Below, piece after piece: positions 39,208 through 47,900 of a DNA stretch of 64,000 nucleotides. The stretch comes from Candidatus Bathyarchaeota archaeon (GTDB lineage: Archaea > Thermoproteota > Bathyarchaeia > Bathyarchaeales > Bathycorpusculaceae). How positions within the stretch are numbered: position 1 is the first letter of the stretch; the number at the start of each line of letters is the position of its first letter. The translations under genes were made by a program, and so were the position numbers. The stretch covers positions 512,001 through 576,000 of the forward strand of contig CAWAKC010000001.1 of assembly GCA_963782525.1 (NCBI GenBank). Direction: 5' to 3'. The notes beneath the pieces are model-generated. The model had not been told where the DNA came from. It ran no database searches and worked only from the letters and a program-made list of their open reading frames with translations.

Positions 39208-39864
39208 TTGAAAGATGAATGTGGAATATGCGGGAGAGTTATGCGCACGACGTACATGCGGCAATGTCAACGCTGTAAGAAACTGTTCTGCCGGGACTGC
39301 ATGACACCCGACGTAGCTACAGGCGACCCAATGGCGATGCTTTGTCTACACTGCGCAAGACGAGTAGTTTCGCCCCAAACTGTCTTCAAGTACGCTGGAC
39401 TTGAAGGTCACTTAAAGTTTAGAGCCGCCTTCACAGATACCGTTAAGCTCACATTTGCACGCATTGATGGGTTAATCGGCGCCAACCTTCCGATGGCTGC
39501 TTACCGCGATATTGCCTGGTGGAGCAACACGTCTGCGAGTGCTCATGCGAAGGCTTGGCTGAATGCAGGCTGGGAAGTGCATGAGGTTAACTTCAAAGAA
39601 GGGTACGCAGTTTTTAAAAAAGTCAGGAAGGTAGCATTCAAGAAATCCAAGAAAAAACTCGAGATTACCCAGCCTTTTACCCCCGTGCCCGTGCATAAGC
39701 CAAGATCAAAGATTCCGTCGAATACAAAAGTTTCCAAACTCTATGCAAGAATCAAGAACCTCGAGCGGCAAAGAGCCATGCCCCGCCAGCCGTTGAGAGG
39801 TCTCAAATTCAAGTCTTCGCAGTATCAGAAACGGCTTTATAAAAACGATGAAAAACCACAATAG
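39208..39864 (+). CDS. 8-Cys Zn-finger protein fused to a DUF7662-like domain, basic tail
   Basis: CGIC, CQRC, CRDC, CLHC; KY..L...L...LTF..I..LIG..LP..A...WWSN...HA.AW..AGW. Confidence 0.75.
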   Translation: MKDECGICGRVMRTTYMRQCQRCKKLFCRDCMTPDVATGDPMAMLCLHCARRVVSPQTVFKYAGLEGHLKFRAAFTDTVKLTFARIDGLIGANLPMAAYRDIAWWSNTSASAHAKAWLNAGWEVHEVNFKEGYAVFKKVRKVAFKKSKKKLEITQPFTPVPVHKPRSKIPSNTKVSKLYARIKNLERQRAMPRQPLRGLKFKSSQYQKRLYKNDEKPQ

Positions 39865-39896
39865 CATCCTTTTGCATATGGGTTTGCGGTGTCCTT

Positions 39897-40424
39897 TTGC
39901 TTGAGCGAGTGGTTAACTTAAAAATCGAAGAAGCTTATCCAAAATTTAAAGATGCTTTAACCGCTAAGGGGTGCAAAGTTATTTCTGAAGAGACACCGAA
40001 TCAAATTTATTTTAAACAGGGTTCACTTTGGGGGATATCTCCAAAAACAGCAAAAAAAACTATTAGTATACACTTAGAACAACATGGCGAGGAAACACGC
40101 ATAAAATTTTCGTCTAAACTGTCGTCTGACTGGAAAAATATTACCATAGTCGGCTGCGGGTTTGCCGCGGTTCTTGTGGGCTTATGCATTTGGATGGCTA
40201 CGGATTTAAGCGCGTTCATTGCAACTAATGTGGCTGGTTTTTGGGGGTGGCTTGTCATGGTTAATGGCAGCGTTGATTTGGCGGCAGCTCAAGCATTCGT
40301 CCGTTTGACGTGGGGGTTAGCTGGCTTTCTCACTTTTATAATTGTGTTGGAAGCCGCCATCGTGGTTTATGCGCAATCCAAAATTGACTCCTTCGGTGAA
40401 GAAGCACTCAAGGAAATTTGCTAG
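39897..40424 (+). CDS. Hypothetical membrane protein
   Basis: Soluble N-domain (QGSLWGISPKTAKK) plus 2-3 TM helices. Confidence 0.65.
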   Translation: MLERVVNLKIEEAYPKFKDALTAKGCKVISEETPNQIYFKQGSLWGISPKTAKKTISIHLEQHGEETRIKFSSKLSSDWKNITIVGCGFAAVLVGLCIWMATDLSAFIATNVAGFWGWLVMVNGSVDLAAAQAFVRLTWGLAGFLTFIIVLEAAIVVYAQSKIDSFGEEALKEIC

Positions 40425-40428
40425 GTTG

Positions 40429-41568
40429 TTATCCTATTTGTTTGCCGCATTTCTCACAATACACAGCGTACACTTTGTTGTTTGAACCACAAAAGATGCA
40501 GAACTTGGTATCTTCAGAAGCGGCACTATCATTTTGCGGAGCGATCGTTTCAGGAGGAGAAGCTGGTTCATTATTTTGGGATAGCTTTGGTTTTCTTACT
40601 GACCAAACAGCGAGAATCACTGAAGCGACAATTGCAAACAGAATAATTACAAAAAATACGGGGTTTTCTGCGATTAGGTTAAATGATAAAGGTAGAACTG
40701 GTTGAACGCTTGGTCCAGAGACATCGGGAGAAGCAGATGTTGTGGGATTTGGGTCTAAAGGTGCCGAAGTTGGCGTCGGTCGCAACGTTGTTATGCTTTG
40801 GGGATTAGTTAAGGATGGCTCAGTAGTCGGTGTTACCTCGATATCAGGAATGTACTGTTTGCTTAGGTCTATACCATAAACGTAAGCGGTCTTACCTTGG
40901 AACTCATCAGGCAACTGCCCAATCGTGAAACCTACTCCTGTAGTTTCAGCGTAATAGTATGTTTGATTGTTGTAAGGCCAATATGTACCGTGAAGGCCAT
41001 CTCCAAGAACTCCAACTGCCAAATGATCCGTTGGATTAATGAAAACTGCACCGTCGCCCAGGCTGAGGATCAATGTAGCGTAAAGTATGGCTTTGCAATC
41101 GCAATCTCCAGTTTGATCCACCAAAGTTTCAATCGGGAATCGTGGATACTCTTCAAACCCAGTTGTGTTAAGATCAGAGTTGTAAGTGATACTTTGGACA
41201 AAAGCTAAAACAAAGTTTGCTTGCTCGTAGGAATTGTACCCGAGTTGTGTTGTAGTTTCATTTAGCCTTTCAGCCAAATTCTGGATATAGGGATCTCTGG
41301 TTGTGGTTATCATGTCATAGCCAGCAGGTCCATCGCGTGTTCGAGTGGAGTCTGGAACAGATTTGTAAACGTTGTAGAGTTCCTGAGGAATACTAAGGTT
41401 CCAGTCCCAATGTTTCCCGTAATAATCCCACGAGAATGACCTGTCATAGTACCCGTCTGTTTGTGCAGCTACTGTATGAGAAAGCACTATAGGAGCAGAT
41501 ATGATAAGCGCCAAAAATACAATAATTAATAGTCTGATTGGTTTCTGTTTCAGCGACAGTCGACTCAT
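40429..41568 (-). CDS. Membrane-anchored transglutaminase-like Cys protease with cytosolic Zn ribbon
   Basis: Signal peptide; YPRFPIETL...GDCDCKA, HLAVGV, YAETT; Pro/Thr linker; TM; FCIFCG...YCEKCG. Confidence 0.85.
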   Translation of the reverse strand: MSRLSLKQKPIRLLIIVFLALIISAPIVLSHTVAAQTDGYYDRSFSWDYYGKHWDWNLSIPQELYNVYKSVPDSTRTRDGPAGYDMITTTRDPYIQNLAERLNETTTQLGYNSYEQANFVLAFVQSITYNSDLNTTGFEEYPRFPIETLVDQTGDCDCKAILYATLILSLGDGAVFINPTDHLAVGVLGDGLHGTYWPYNNQTYYYAETTGVGFTIGQLPDEFQGKTAYVYGIDLSKQYIPDIEVTPTTEPSLTNPQSITTLRPTPTSAPLDPNPTTSASPDVSGPSVQPVLPLSFNLIAENPVFFVIILFAIVASVILAVWSVRKPKLSQNNEPASPPETIAPQNDSAASEDTKFCIFCGSNNKVYAVYCEKCGKQIG

Positions 41569-41704
41569 CGTTACCATTTCGATGATGGTAATGTTCATAA
41601 TCTACCGTTTAAAACTTGTCCCAAATCATTATCCAAAGGGATTTGATGAACACAAAGACAAAGGGTTATGTATATTGCCAGTTGGAAAATAATGTTGTAG
41701 AAGA

Positions 41705-41986
41705 CTATTTTTGTTTGATTATACCATAACTCTGCTTTTTCCAAGCGTCTCTAAACTTGTTGTAGTAGTCTATGGGTTGGAAAACAGGTGCATAAGTTAA
41801 TTGCCATTCAAGCCCGCATTTACATACTGCATAGACCTGCTTGTTTTTGGTGTCTTGGCAAATCTGCAACAGTTCTTTTCGGCATTTTGGGCAATAGTAC
41901 GGTCCATTCACCATTTGTTTAGCATCTTTGGTTAGGATTTTCATGCGGCTGCCCGGAATTTTATGCCTATCCTTTCCTGAACTCAT
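41705..41986 (-). CDS. Elf1-like Zn-ribbon transcription elongation factor (divergent)
   Basis: YCPKC...AVCKCGL...FQPIDYYNKFRD matches the Elf1 pattern CP.C...C..CG...EPIDVY..F.D. Confidence 0.65.
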   Translation of the reverse strand: MSSGKDRHKIPGSRMKILTKDAKQMVNGPYYCPKCRKELLQICQDTKNKQVYAVCKCGLEWQLTYAPVFQPIDYYNKFRDAWKKQSYGIIKQK

Positions 41987-42308
41987 CGTTTTCAACCTAA
42001 CTATCAATTAAACATGAACCATCAGCAAGATATAGTATTCCATTAAAAAACAAGAATTTTATTGATTGGTGGGAAAGCTACTTGGAACTAAGAGAGAAAA
42101 AGTAATTTTTCCAATTAAGAAACTAGTGGCGGGCGGGGTTTAACCATTATAGAAAGAGGCTTAATGTTTTGTTTTTGGAGAATACAAAATAGACTCCGCC
42201 TAGACAAATTAGAAGAATTAGAGCATATAAGGACGGCTTAGCAATTATTACTTATTTTAGATTCATAAAACTCATATTCTTTTTACAGCAAAGAAAAGAC
42301 TGATACAT

Positions 42309-42455
42309 ATGGCTCATTGTCCTAGTTGTGGCAAAATAGTTGAGAAACCCTCAAGCACCCTGAAGAATCAATGCTTTACTATAGAAGCATACAATTGTGG
42401 AAGATGTCACCATAACTTCAAGGTCACAGTCAATAAATCAAGTTATATCATATAA
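42309..42455 (+). CDS. 48-aa Zn-ribbon protein (absent from ORF track)
   Basis: MAHCPSCGKIVEKPSSTLKNQCFTIEAYNCGRCHHNFKVTVNKSSYII. Confidence 0.7.
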   Translation: MAHCPSCGKIVEKPSSTLKNQCFTIEAYNCGRCHHNFKVTVNKSSYII

Positions 42456-42548
42456 TTTCTATAGCCCCAAAAAAGTTCTTAATTGTCTTTATAGGCAGAA
42501 TTGAATAGTCTGGACTCAAAATTGAAGGATTGGTCAAATGAAAATTAA

Positions 42549-42950
42549 ATGTCTAAGTTAGAATGCCTATGCAAGAAGATGAGTTTAGCGCAGATACTTT
42601 TGACAGAGAAGGTAGCATCAGGTATGCTATTGGTTCGCCATTATTCTCTTGGTGACAAAGTCTCTCATAAGCCCCAGTTTACTTATTGCAAGATAGACGA
42701 CTTGGATTCTCTGAAAACTTTATTAAAAACTCAGGGTATCTCTCTGAATACTGAAAAGGCAATAAGTGGTCAAATAGGTCAAAGTGAAAGTAAAGAAATA
42801 CATGACCTAATAAAACCTGAAAGGAGCCTTAGTCAGCAAAATACATGCGGCCGTCGTCTAGTCTGGTTTAGGACTTTAGCCTTCCAAGCTAATGATCCCG
42901 GGTTCAAATCCCGGCGACCGCACCATCTCTTACTTTTAAATTTCGGCTAA
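42549..42950 (+). mobile_element. Probable degenerate N-terminal fragment (intN) of an SSV-type integrase reading through tRNA-Gly
   Basis: ORF stays open across the whole tRNA; VRHY...KPQF motif; AT-rich flank; no intC or second att found in window. Confidence 0.5.
42847..42925 (+). tRNA. tRNA-Gly (TCC), CCA encoded
   Basis: Cloverleaf; anticodon arm TTAGC-CTTCCAA-GCTAA; T arm CCGGG-TTCAAAT-CCCGG; one C5-A68 acceptor mismatch. Confidence 0.95.
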
Positions 42951-43029
42951 GAGAAAATCATTGACTGATTAGTCGAATTGATAGGTAAATGTTATAAAAC
43001 AAACCTATCGCCATAATGTTGCAGGTGAC

Positions 43030-43494
43030 TTGGTGGCTATATCAATCCCCCATAAAGTAATCTATCTGGTCATAGGGTGGGTTTTAATGGTTAGCTACCA
43101 GATTTTTACTCGAACTGCCTTAACCACCGTTGCCTCTTCTTTTGGAAGTTTTGTTCCCTCGATGGCTTCATTTATAAATTCAAACGCAGACACAACAATT
43201 TTCATCTGTTCGTTTGCTTGGATGTTTGTCCTATCAGCCCTTATCTCAATCATCATGTTTGGTAGAGAAAGACGCCTTACCATCCAATTCACAGTAAGCT
43301 TAGCTCTAACCCTTACAGGCTCAGCTTTGCTTGGCCTGATACACATTGCTGGACTAGACTTATCAAACCCAACGGTGCTATCACGACCCTTCACTTTATT
43401 ATTCGACAACGTGTTTTTCGCATTTTTCTACCTATCGCTCCCATTCATCTTCATGGTGGCGGTGGATTTGGGGTTAATGAAAATAAAAAAATAG
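43030..43494 (+). CDS. Hypothetical 4-TM membrane protein
   Basis: Four hydrophobic helices; AGGTGA RBS. Confidence 0.7.
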   Translation: MVAISIPHKVIYLVIGWVLMVSYQIFTRTALTTVASSFGSFVPSMASFINSNADTTIFICSFAWMFVLSALISIIMFGRERRLTIQFTVSLALTLTGSALLGLIHIAGLDLSNPTVLSRPFTLLFDNVFFAFFYLSLPFIFMVAVDLGLMKIKK

Positions 43495-43582
43495 CCAAAA
43501 CCAAAAATAAGAGTATAAGATCAGCGAAAAGGTGAAAAGCAACGTACACTCAATTAGAAGTAAGATTAGGTGAACTTTGAAA

Positions 43583-43780
43583 ATGAGCGATGTAAATATG
43601 GCAACCATACAGTTATGTGGCGATAAACAAAACTTTATCCTTGACAAAAAAGACTTCAAAACAGGCAGTAAAGGCTATTATGGAACAGGCAAGATGGTCG
43701 CTGGTGGAAAAAGATACCAGATAGGCATTCAAGTTGTCGAAATCGGTTCTAAACCTAAAGAGAAAGAAGAAAAGAAATAG
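43583..43780 (+). CDS. Small basic beta-rich protein
   Basis: KDFKTGSKGYYGTGK...GKRYQ...IGSK; AGGTGA RBS. Confidence 0.75.
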   Translation: MSDVNMATIQLCGDKQNFILDKKDFKTGSKGYYGTGKMVAGGKRYQIGIQVVEIGSKPKEKEEKK

Positions 43781-43811
43781 GATTAATCTAATTTTTTATC
43801 CGTTTTTTTGT

Positions 43812-44297
43812 TTACGGGACAATTGACGCACTGATTATGGTTACGCTTGTACGTGGTTTGTCATTTGAGCCGGTTGGAACTTTGGCGATTTTGTCTACGA
43901 CATCCATTCCCGAGATGACTTTGCCGAACGCTGGGTGCTTGCTGTCCAAGAAGTTGTTGTTGACTTGGTTGATGAAGAATTGACTGCTTCCCGTGTTTGG
44001 ACCTGCATTCGCCATTGATATTGTGCCTCGGTCGTTGCGGTTAGTTCTTGTGAATTCGTCCTTAATCTCGGGAATTGAAGGGTCGCCGTATCCTGTTCCA
44101 GTTGGGTCACCGCCCTGAATCATAAAGCCAGGGATGACACGGTGAAAGATGGTGCCGTTGAAGGTTCCCTTTTGGACGAGGTTTTTGAAGTTGCCGGTCG
44201 TGATTGGCATGTCATTTCTTAGAGCGATGATGATGTCGCCCATGCTTGTGTGTAGTAGAACTTTAGTTTCAGGTTGATTTGTTGATTGTCCTGACAT
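43812..44297 (-). CDS. Cyclophilin-type PPIase (cytoplasmic)
   Basis: FHRVIPGFMIQGGDPTGTG, SMANAGPNTGSSQFFIN, HPAFGKV. Confidence 0.96.
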   Translation of the reverse strand: MSGQSTNQPETKVLLHTSMGDIIIALRNDMPITTGNFKNLVQKGTFNGTIFHRVIPGFMIQGGDPTGTGYGDPSIPEIKDEFTRTNRNDRGTISMANAGPNTGSSQFFINQVNNNFLDSKHPAFGKVISGMDVVDKIAKVPTGSNDKPRTSVTIISASIVP

Positions 44298-44482
44298 AAT
44301 GTAATCTCAGAAATAGATTTGTATGAAACCTAATATGCCTATTGCACATCGCAGTCGGATTGCGATTTGTACTTAGTTTTATTTTTGTTCTCAAAAAGTA
44401 GCCAAATCAGCTGCTGAGAAAAAAAGGTCACCCGAAGTTTTAATTTAACAAAAAATTTTAAAGAAAAATAAGAGAATTATAG

Positions 44483-45214
44483 TTAAGGTATGATAGTTGC
44501 TTTTAGCACTGTTACTGGATTTATCGGTGTGCTGTTTGCTTCATAGGCATTCGAGGTCACTGGTGCGTTAGCTATTGCGTCAACTACGCTCTGTCCCGCG
44601 ATTACTTTTCCAAAGACTGCATAGGTTGAATCGAAAGTAGGGCCACTATTCACTCCGTTATTTGCGACGTTTATGAAGAATTGGCTTGTTGCCGAGTTTG
44701 GATCACTGGTTTTAGCCATAGCTATAGTGTAGGGTAAGTTGTGGTTGTTGTTTCCTATTTCGTCGGGAATCGTTGCAACGTTGGCGCTACTGTTTTGTCC
44801 GCCTTGAATCATAAAGCCTGCAATGACACGGTGGAATATTGTGCCATCATATATTCCCTTATTCACGAGGTTAACGAAGTTGGTTGTAGTGATTGGTTTA
44901 TCATTCCGCATTTCAAGGGTTATGTTTCCAACACTGGTTTGTAACAAAACTTTTGTTCCGCCCACGTACAATGGATCTGTTTCAGATGTTGGTGGCGATG
45001 TAACAGAACTCGTTGGCGCAGGTGTTGTTGTACCCGTGAAAGTTGTAGGCGCTGGCGTAGATGAAGGCGATACTTTTGCGGGTTGACCAGATTGCCCTAA
45101 CGCGATGTATGCCCCGACACCGATGAGGATGATAGCGATTATCCCGATTGCAAAGAACAGAGATTTGTTGGATTTGCGTTTTGATTTGTTATTTTTATTG
45201 GGAGCCATGTCCAT
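44483..45214 (-). CDS. Membrane-anchored cyclophilin-type PPIase
   Basis: N-terminal TM, Pro/Thr linker, FHRVIAGFMIQGG, AMAKT..PNSATSQFFIN, YAVFGKV. Confidence 0.93.
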   Translation of the reverse strand: MDMAPNKNNKSKRKSNKSLFFAIGIIAIILIGVGAYIALGQSGQPAKVSPSSTPAPTTFTGTTTPAPTSSVTSPPTSETDPLYVGGTKVLLQTSVGNITLEMRNDKPITTTNFVNLVNKGIYDGTIFHRVIAGFMIQGGQNSSANVATIPDEIGNNNHNLPYTIAMAKTSDPNSATSQFFINVANNGVNSGPTFDSTYAVFGKVIAGQSVVDAIANAPVTSNAYEANSTPINPVTVLKATIIP

Positions 45215-45392
45215 GTAGTCAACGGCTTTTCATATAAGATTTTTCCCAATTTCACAAAAACAGGTGTTTTGTTGGCTTGAGCAGTTCTTAGTTGAATTCA
45301 GTTTTTGCCTCACCGAATCAGACCTGATTTTTTAACATAAATTAGAAATAATCGTATTGTCTGATATGGTTTAGTTTAGAGGCTAATGTGAC

Positions 45393-46940
45393 ATGACTGA
45401 TGTTGTGTTTGTCTTTGAGGTTCACCAGCCGCACAGGTTAAGGCGTAACCTGTTTTGGGAAGGCAAAGTTTTCAGGCGTTTATCAAAAAATGAGTTGTTT
45501 GACTATTACTTCGATACCGAGGTTGATAGAGAAATCTTCAAGCGTGCAGCCCGCAAATGCTATTTTCCCTCAAACCAAATCATCCTTGACGTAATAGACA
45601 GACACAAACACGACCACAAACAAGCCAAATTCTCATTCAGCGTTTCAGGAGTTTTTCTTGAACAATGTGAGATGTTTGACAAGGACCTGCTTGAAAGTTT
45701 TAGGCAACTCGCAGCAACCGGATGCGTGGAGTTGCTTGACCAAACCTACTATCACTCAATCGCCAGCCTCTACCCCGAAAAAGAAGAATTCATAGCGCAA
45801 GTTGCAATGCACAAACAAATCATCAAAGATTTGCTTGGTTACACGCCCCGTATTTTTGAGAACACCGAGTTGCTCTATAACAACACCATCGCCAAAACAG
45901 TCGAGGAAATGGGTTACAAGGGCATCTACACAGAAGGCGTAGAGAAGATTCTTGGAGAAAAATCACCCAACTACATTTACACTCCAAAAGGCGCGAAGAA
46001 AATCCGTGTTCTGCTCCGCAACTACAAGTTAACCGATGACATAGGTTTTAGGTTTTCAGCAAGGTGGTGGCCCGAGTGGCCCCTAACAGCCGACAAGTAT
46101 GCACGATGGCTAGCTGAAACCCAGGGCGAATGCATCAACATTTTCCCTGACTACGAAACCTTCGGCGAGCATCATTGGCCCGAAACCGGCATACACAGTT
46201 TCCTACAGCACATGCCAGATGAGATTTTGAAATATGACCAACTTAAGATGGCCACGCCTACTGAAGTGGTTGATAAGCATGCTTCGGCGGGAGAAGTTGA
46301 CGTTCCTGAAGCCGAGGGCACGGTTTCTTGGGCAGACATAAAACGCGACCAGTCTGGGTGGCTTGGCAACGTTATGCAATGGGCATACTACACGACCCTG
46401 CGCAAGCTGGAACCGTTCATCAAAGAAGCCGACGACGGCACGTTTCTTAAGTTGTGGCGGGACTTCCAAACAAGTGACCACCTATACTATATGTTCACAG
46501 CGGGCGGGGGACCAGGAGAAGTTCACTCATACTTTAGCCCCTACGAATCGCCAATGGATGCATTCGTCGCTGCACAAACGCTGCTCAACGATTTTGAAGC
46601 CCGATTGAGAATGTTTATCTTAACCGCCAACGAGCCCTTCCTATTTTACACGGGTATCGGAAAAGAGTTTTACACGGGGGAGATGGCTTGGGGTCTGAAA
46701 GGCTTTGTGAAAGCGCTCCAAGAAGTAAATGTAAAAGCCATCGAGTTCCATGTGGGCAATGGAGACTTTGAAAGCTGGGCAAAAAGTTCGCTTAAAGACC
46801 AGAAACTTGCGGCAAAACTAAAGGAAATCGCTGTTTCTGAACAAAAAGGTGAAAAATTGAGAAAAGCCCTAGTTGACATAGCAAAAAAGCGGTATATTGC
46901 CCAAAGCAAGGAGTTAAAGGATGCAACCCAGCTCTTCTAA
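45393..46940 (+). CDS. GH57 alpha-amylase/glucanotransferase with C-terminal DUF5752-like domain
   Basis: FEVHQP, TYYHS, ENTEL, DYETFGEH, QTSDH.YY; tail F.FYTG...IEFH...GDF..W. Confidence 0.92.
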   Translation: MTDVVFVFEVHQPHRLRRNLFWEGKVFRRLSKNELFDYYFDTEVDREIFKRAARKCYFPSNQIILDVIDRHKHDHKQAKFSFSVSGVFLEQCEMFDKDLLESFRQLAATGCVELLDQTYYHSIASLYPEKEEFIAQVAMHKQIIKDLLGYTPRIFENTELLYNNTIAKTVEEMGYKGIYTEGVEKILGEKSPNYIYTPKGAKKIRVLLRNYKLTDDIGFRFSARWWPEWPLTADKYARWLAETQGECINIFPDYETFGEHHWPETGIHSFLQHMPDEILKYDQLKMATPTEVVDKHASAGEVDVPEAEGTVSWADIKRDQSGWLGNVMQWAYYTTLRKLEPFIKEADDGTFLKLWRDFQTSDHLYYMFTAGGGPGEVHSYFSPYESPMDAFVAAQTLLNDFEARLRMFILTANEPFLFYTGIGKEFYTGEMAWGLKGFVKALQEVNVKAIEFHVGNGDFESWAKSSLKDQKLAAKLKEIAVSEQKGEKLRKALVDIAKKRYIAQSKELKDATQLF

Positions 46941-47007
46941 GAAAACCTGTCTCGTATGCGTTTATAAGATAAGTCGCTGTACAATTGTTTAGCAGGGTGC
47001 AATTAAA

Positions 47008-47259
47008 ATGAGAGAAGAGCTTCCGTTTCCCGATAAAGTCTTGCAGACACTGCATAATCTGTGCGCAACCGCTGCCGATTTAGCTAGGCGAGGCGAAGAA
47101 GTCGCACGACTTTTGCAGAAAGACCCGAGCGAAATCGAGGGCATTTTAGACAAATACAAATCTGAGGGTTTCGCTGAAAGCTTCTACGATAACGAGGGTA
47201 AGAAAAGGTACTATCTAAATGGACGAGGAATAATTAAGGTCTGTTCGCTCTTCACATAG
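47008..47259 (+). CDS. Small winged-helix protein in glycogen cluster
   Basis: EEVARLL...GFAES...KRYYL..RGI wHTH wing pattern. Confidence 0.7.
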   Translation: MREELPFPDKVLQTLHNLCATAADLARRGEEVARLLQKDPSEIEGILDKYKSEGFAESFYDNEGKKRYYLNGRGIIKVCSLFT

Positions 47260-47900
47260 TGGAAACATCTATGCGTGTCATCATTTTTTCTTGGGAGTAT
47301 CCGCCTAGAGTAGTAGGTCAACTCTCAGGTTACGTTAGCGCCCTGTCAACTCAGCTTGCCAAAGACAAAGTTGACGTTAACGTTGTAACTTACGATGATT
47401 CTGCAACAGGGCGAACACTTGAGCCCAGCGGCGTAAAAGCGTATAGGGTAGCTAATCCCGTGCGCAATCACATCGGCGTTTTAACATGGGTCTTAACGCT
47501 CAACCAAGAAGTTGAACGAGTCGCCGCAGACATCTACTACGAATCAAATAAACAGGTGGACCTCATAGACGTCCATGATTGGCATTTTATTCCAGCTGCC
47601 GTAACTCTCAAGAACGGTCTGGGCATTCCTTTTGTTTACTCAGTTGAAAGCCTCGAAGACCATCGTTCTCCAAACGCTAACGCTTCCTACAACATGGCGA
47701 TTAAAAGTATAGAGTGGCTGGGTTTCTTTGAAGCTGCAGCAGTAGTCGTGAAGTCTGAATGGATGAAGGATGAAGTTGAGCGAATTTACAAGGTTCCAAA
47801 AGAAAAAATCACAGTTGTTCCAATAGACCTCAATTCTTTAGTGACAGATGTTCTAATATTGTTCGGCAAAGTGGCGGAGGCAAAAAAGAATGAAAGATAA
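47259..47900 (+). CDS. GT4 glycosyltransferase N-terminal-domain-only protein
   Basis: SWEYPPRVVG, DVHDW; lacks the GRL..EKG and EPFG C-terminal domain motifs. Confidence 0.8.
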   Translation: METSMRVIIFSWEYPPRVVGQLSGYVSALSTQLAKDKVDVNVVTYDDSATGRTLEPSGVKAYRVANPVRNHIGVLTWVLTLNQEVERVAADIYYESNKQVDLIDVHDWHFIPAAVTLKNGLGIPFVYSVESLEDHRSPNANASYNMAIKSIEWLGFFEAAAVVVKSEWMKDEVERIYKVPKEKITVVPIDLNSLVTDVLILFGKVAEAKKNER

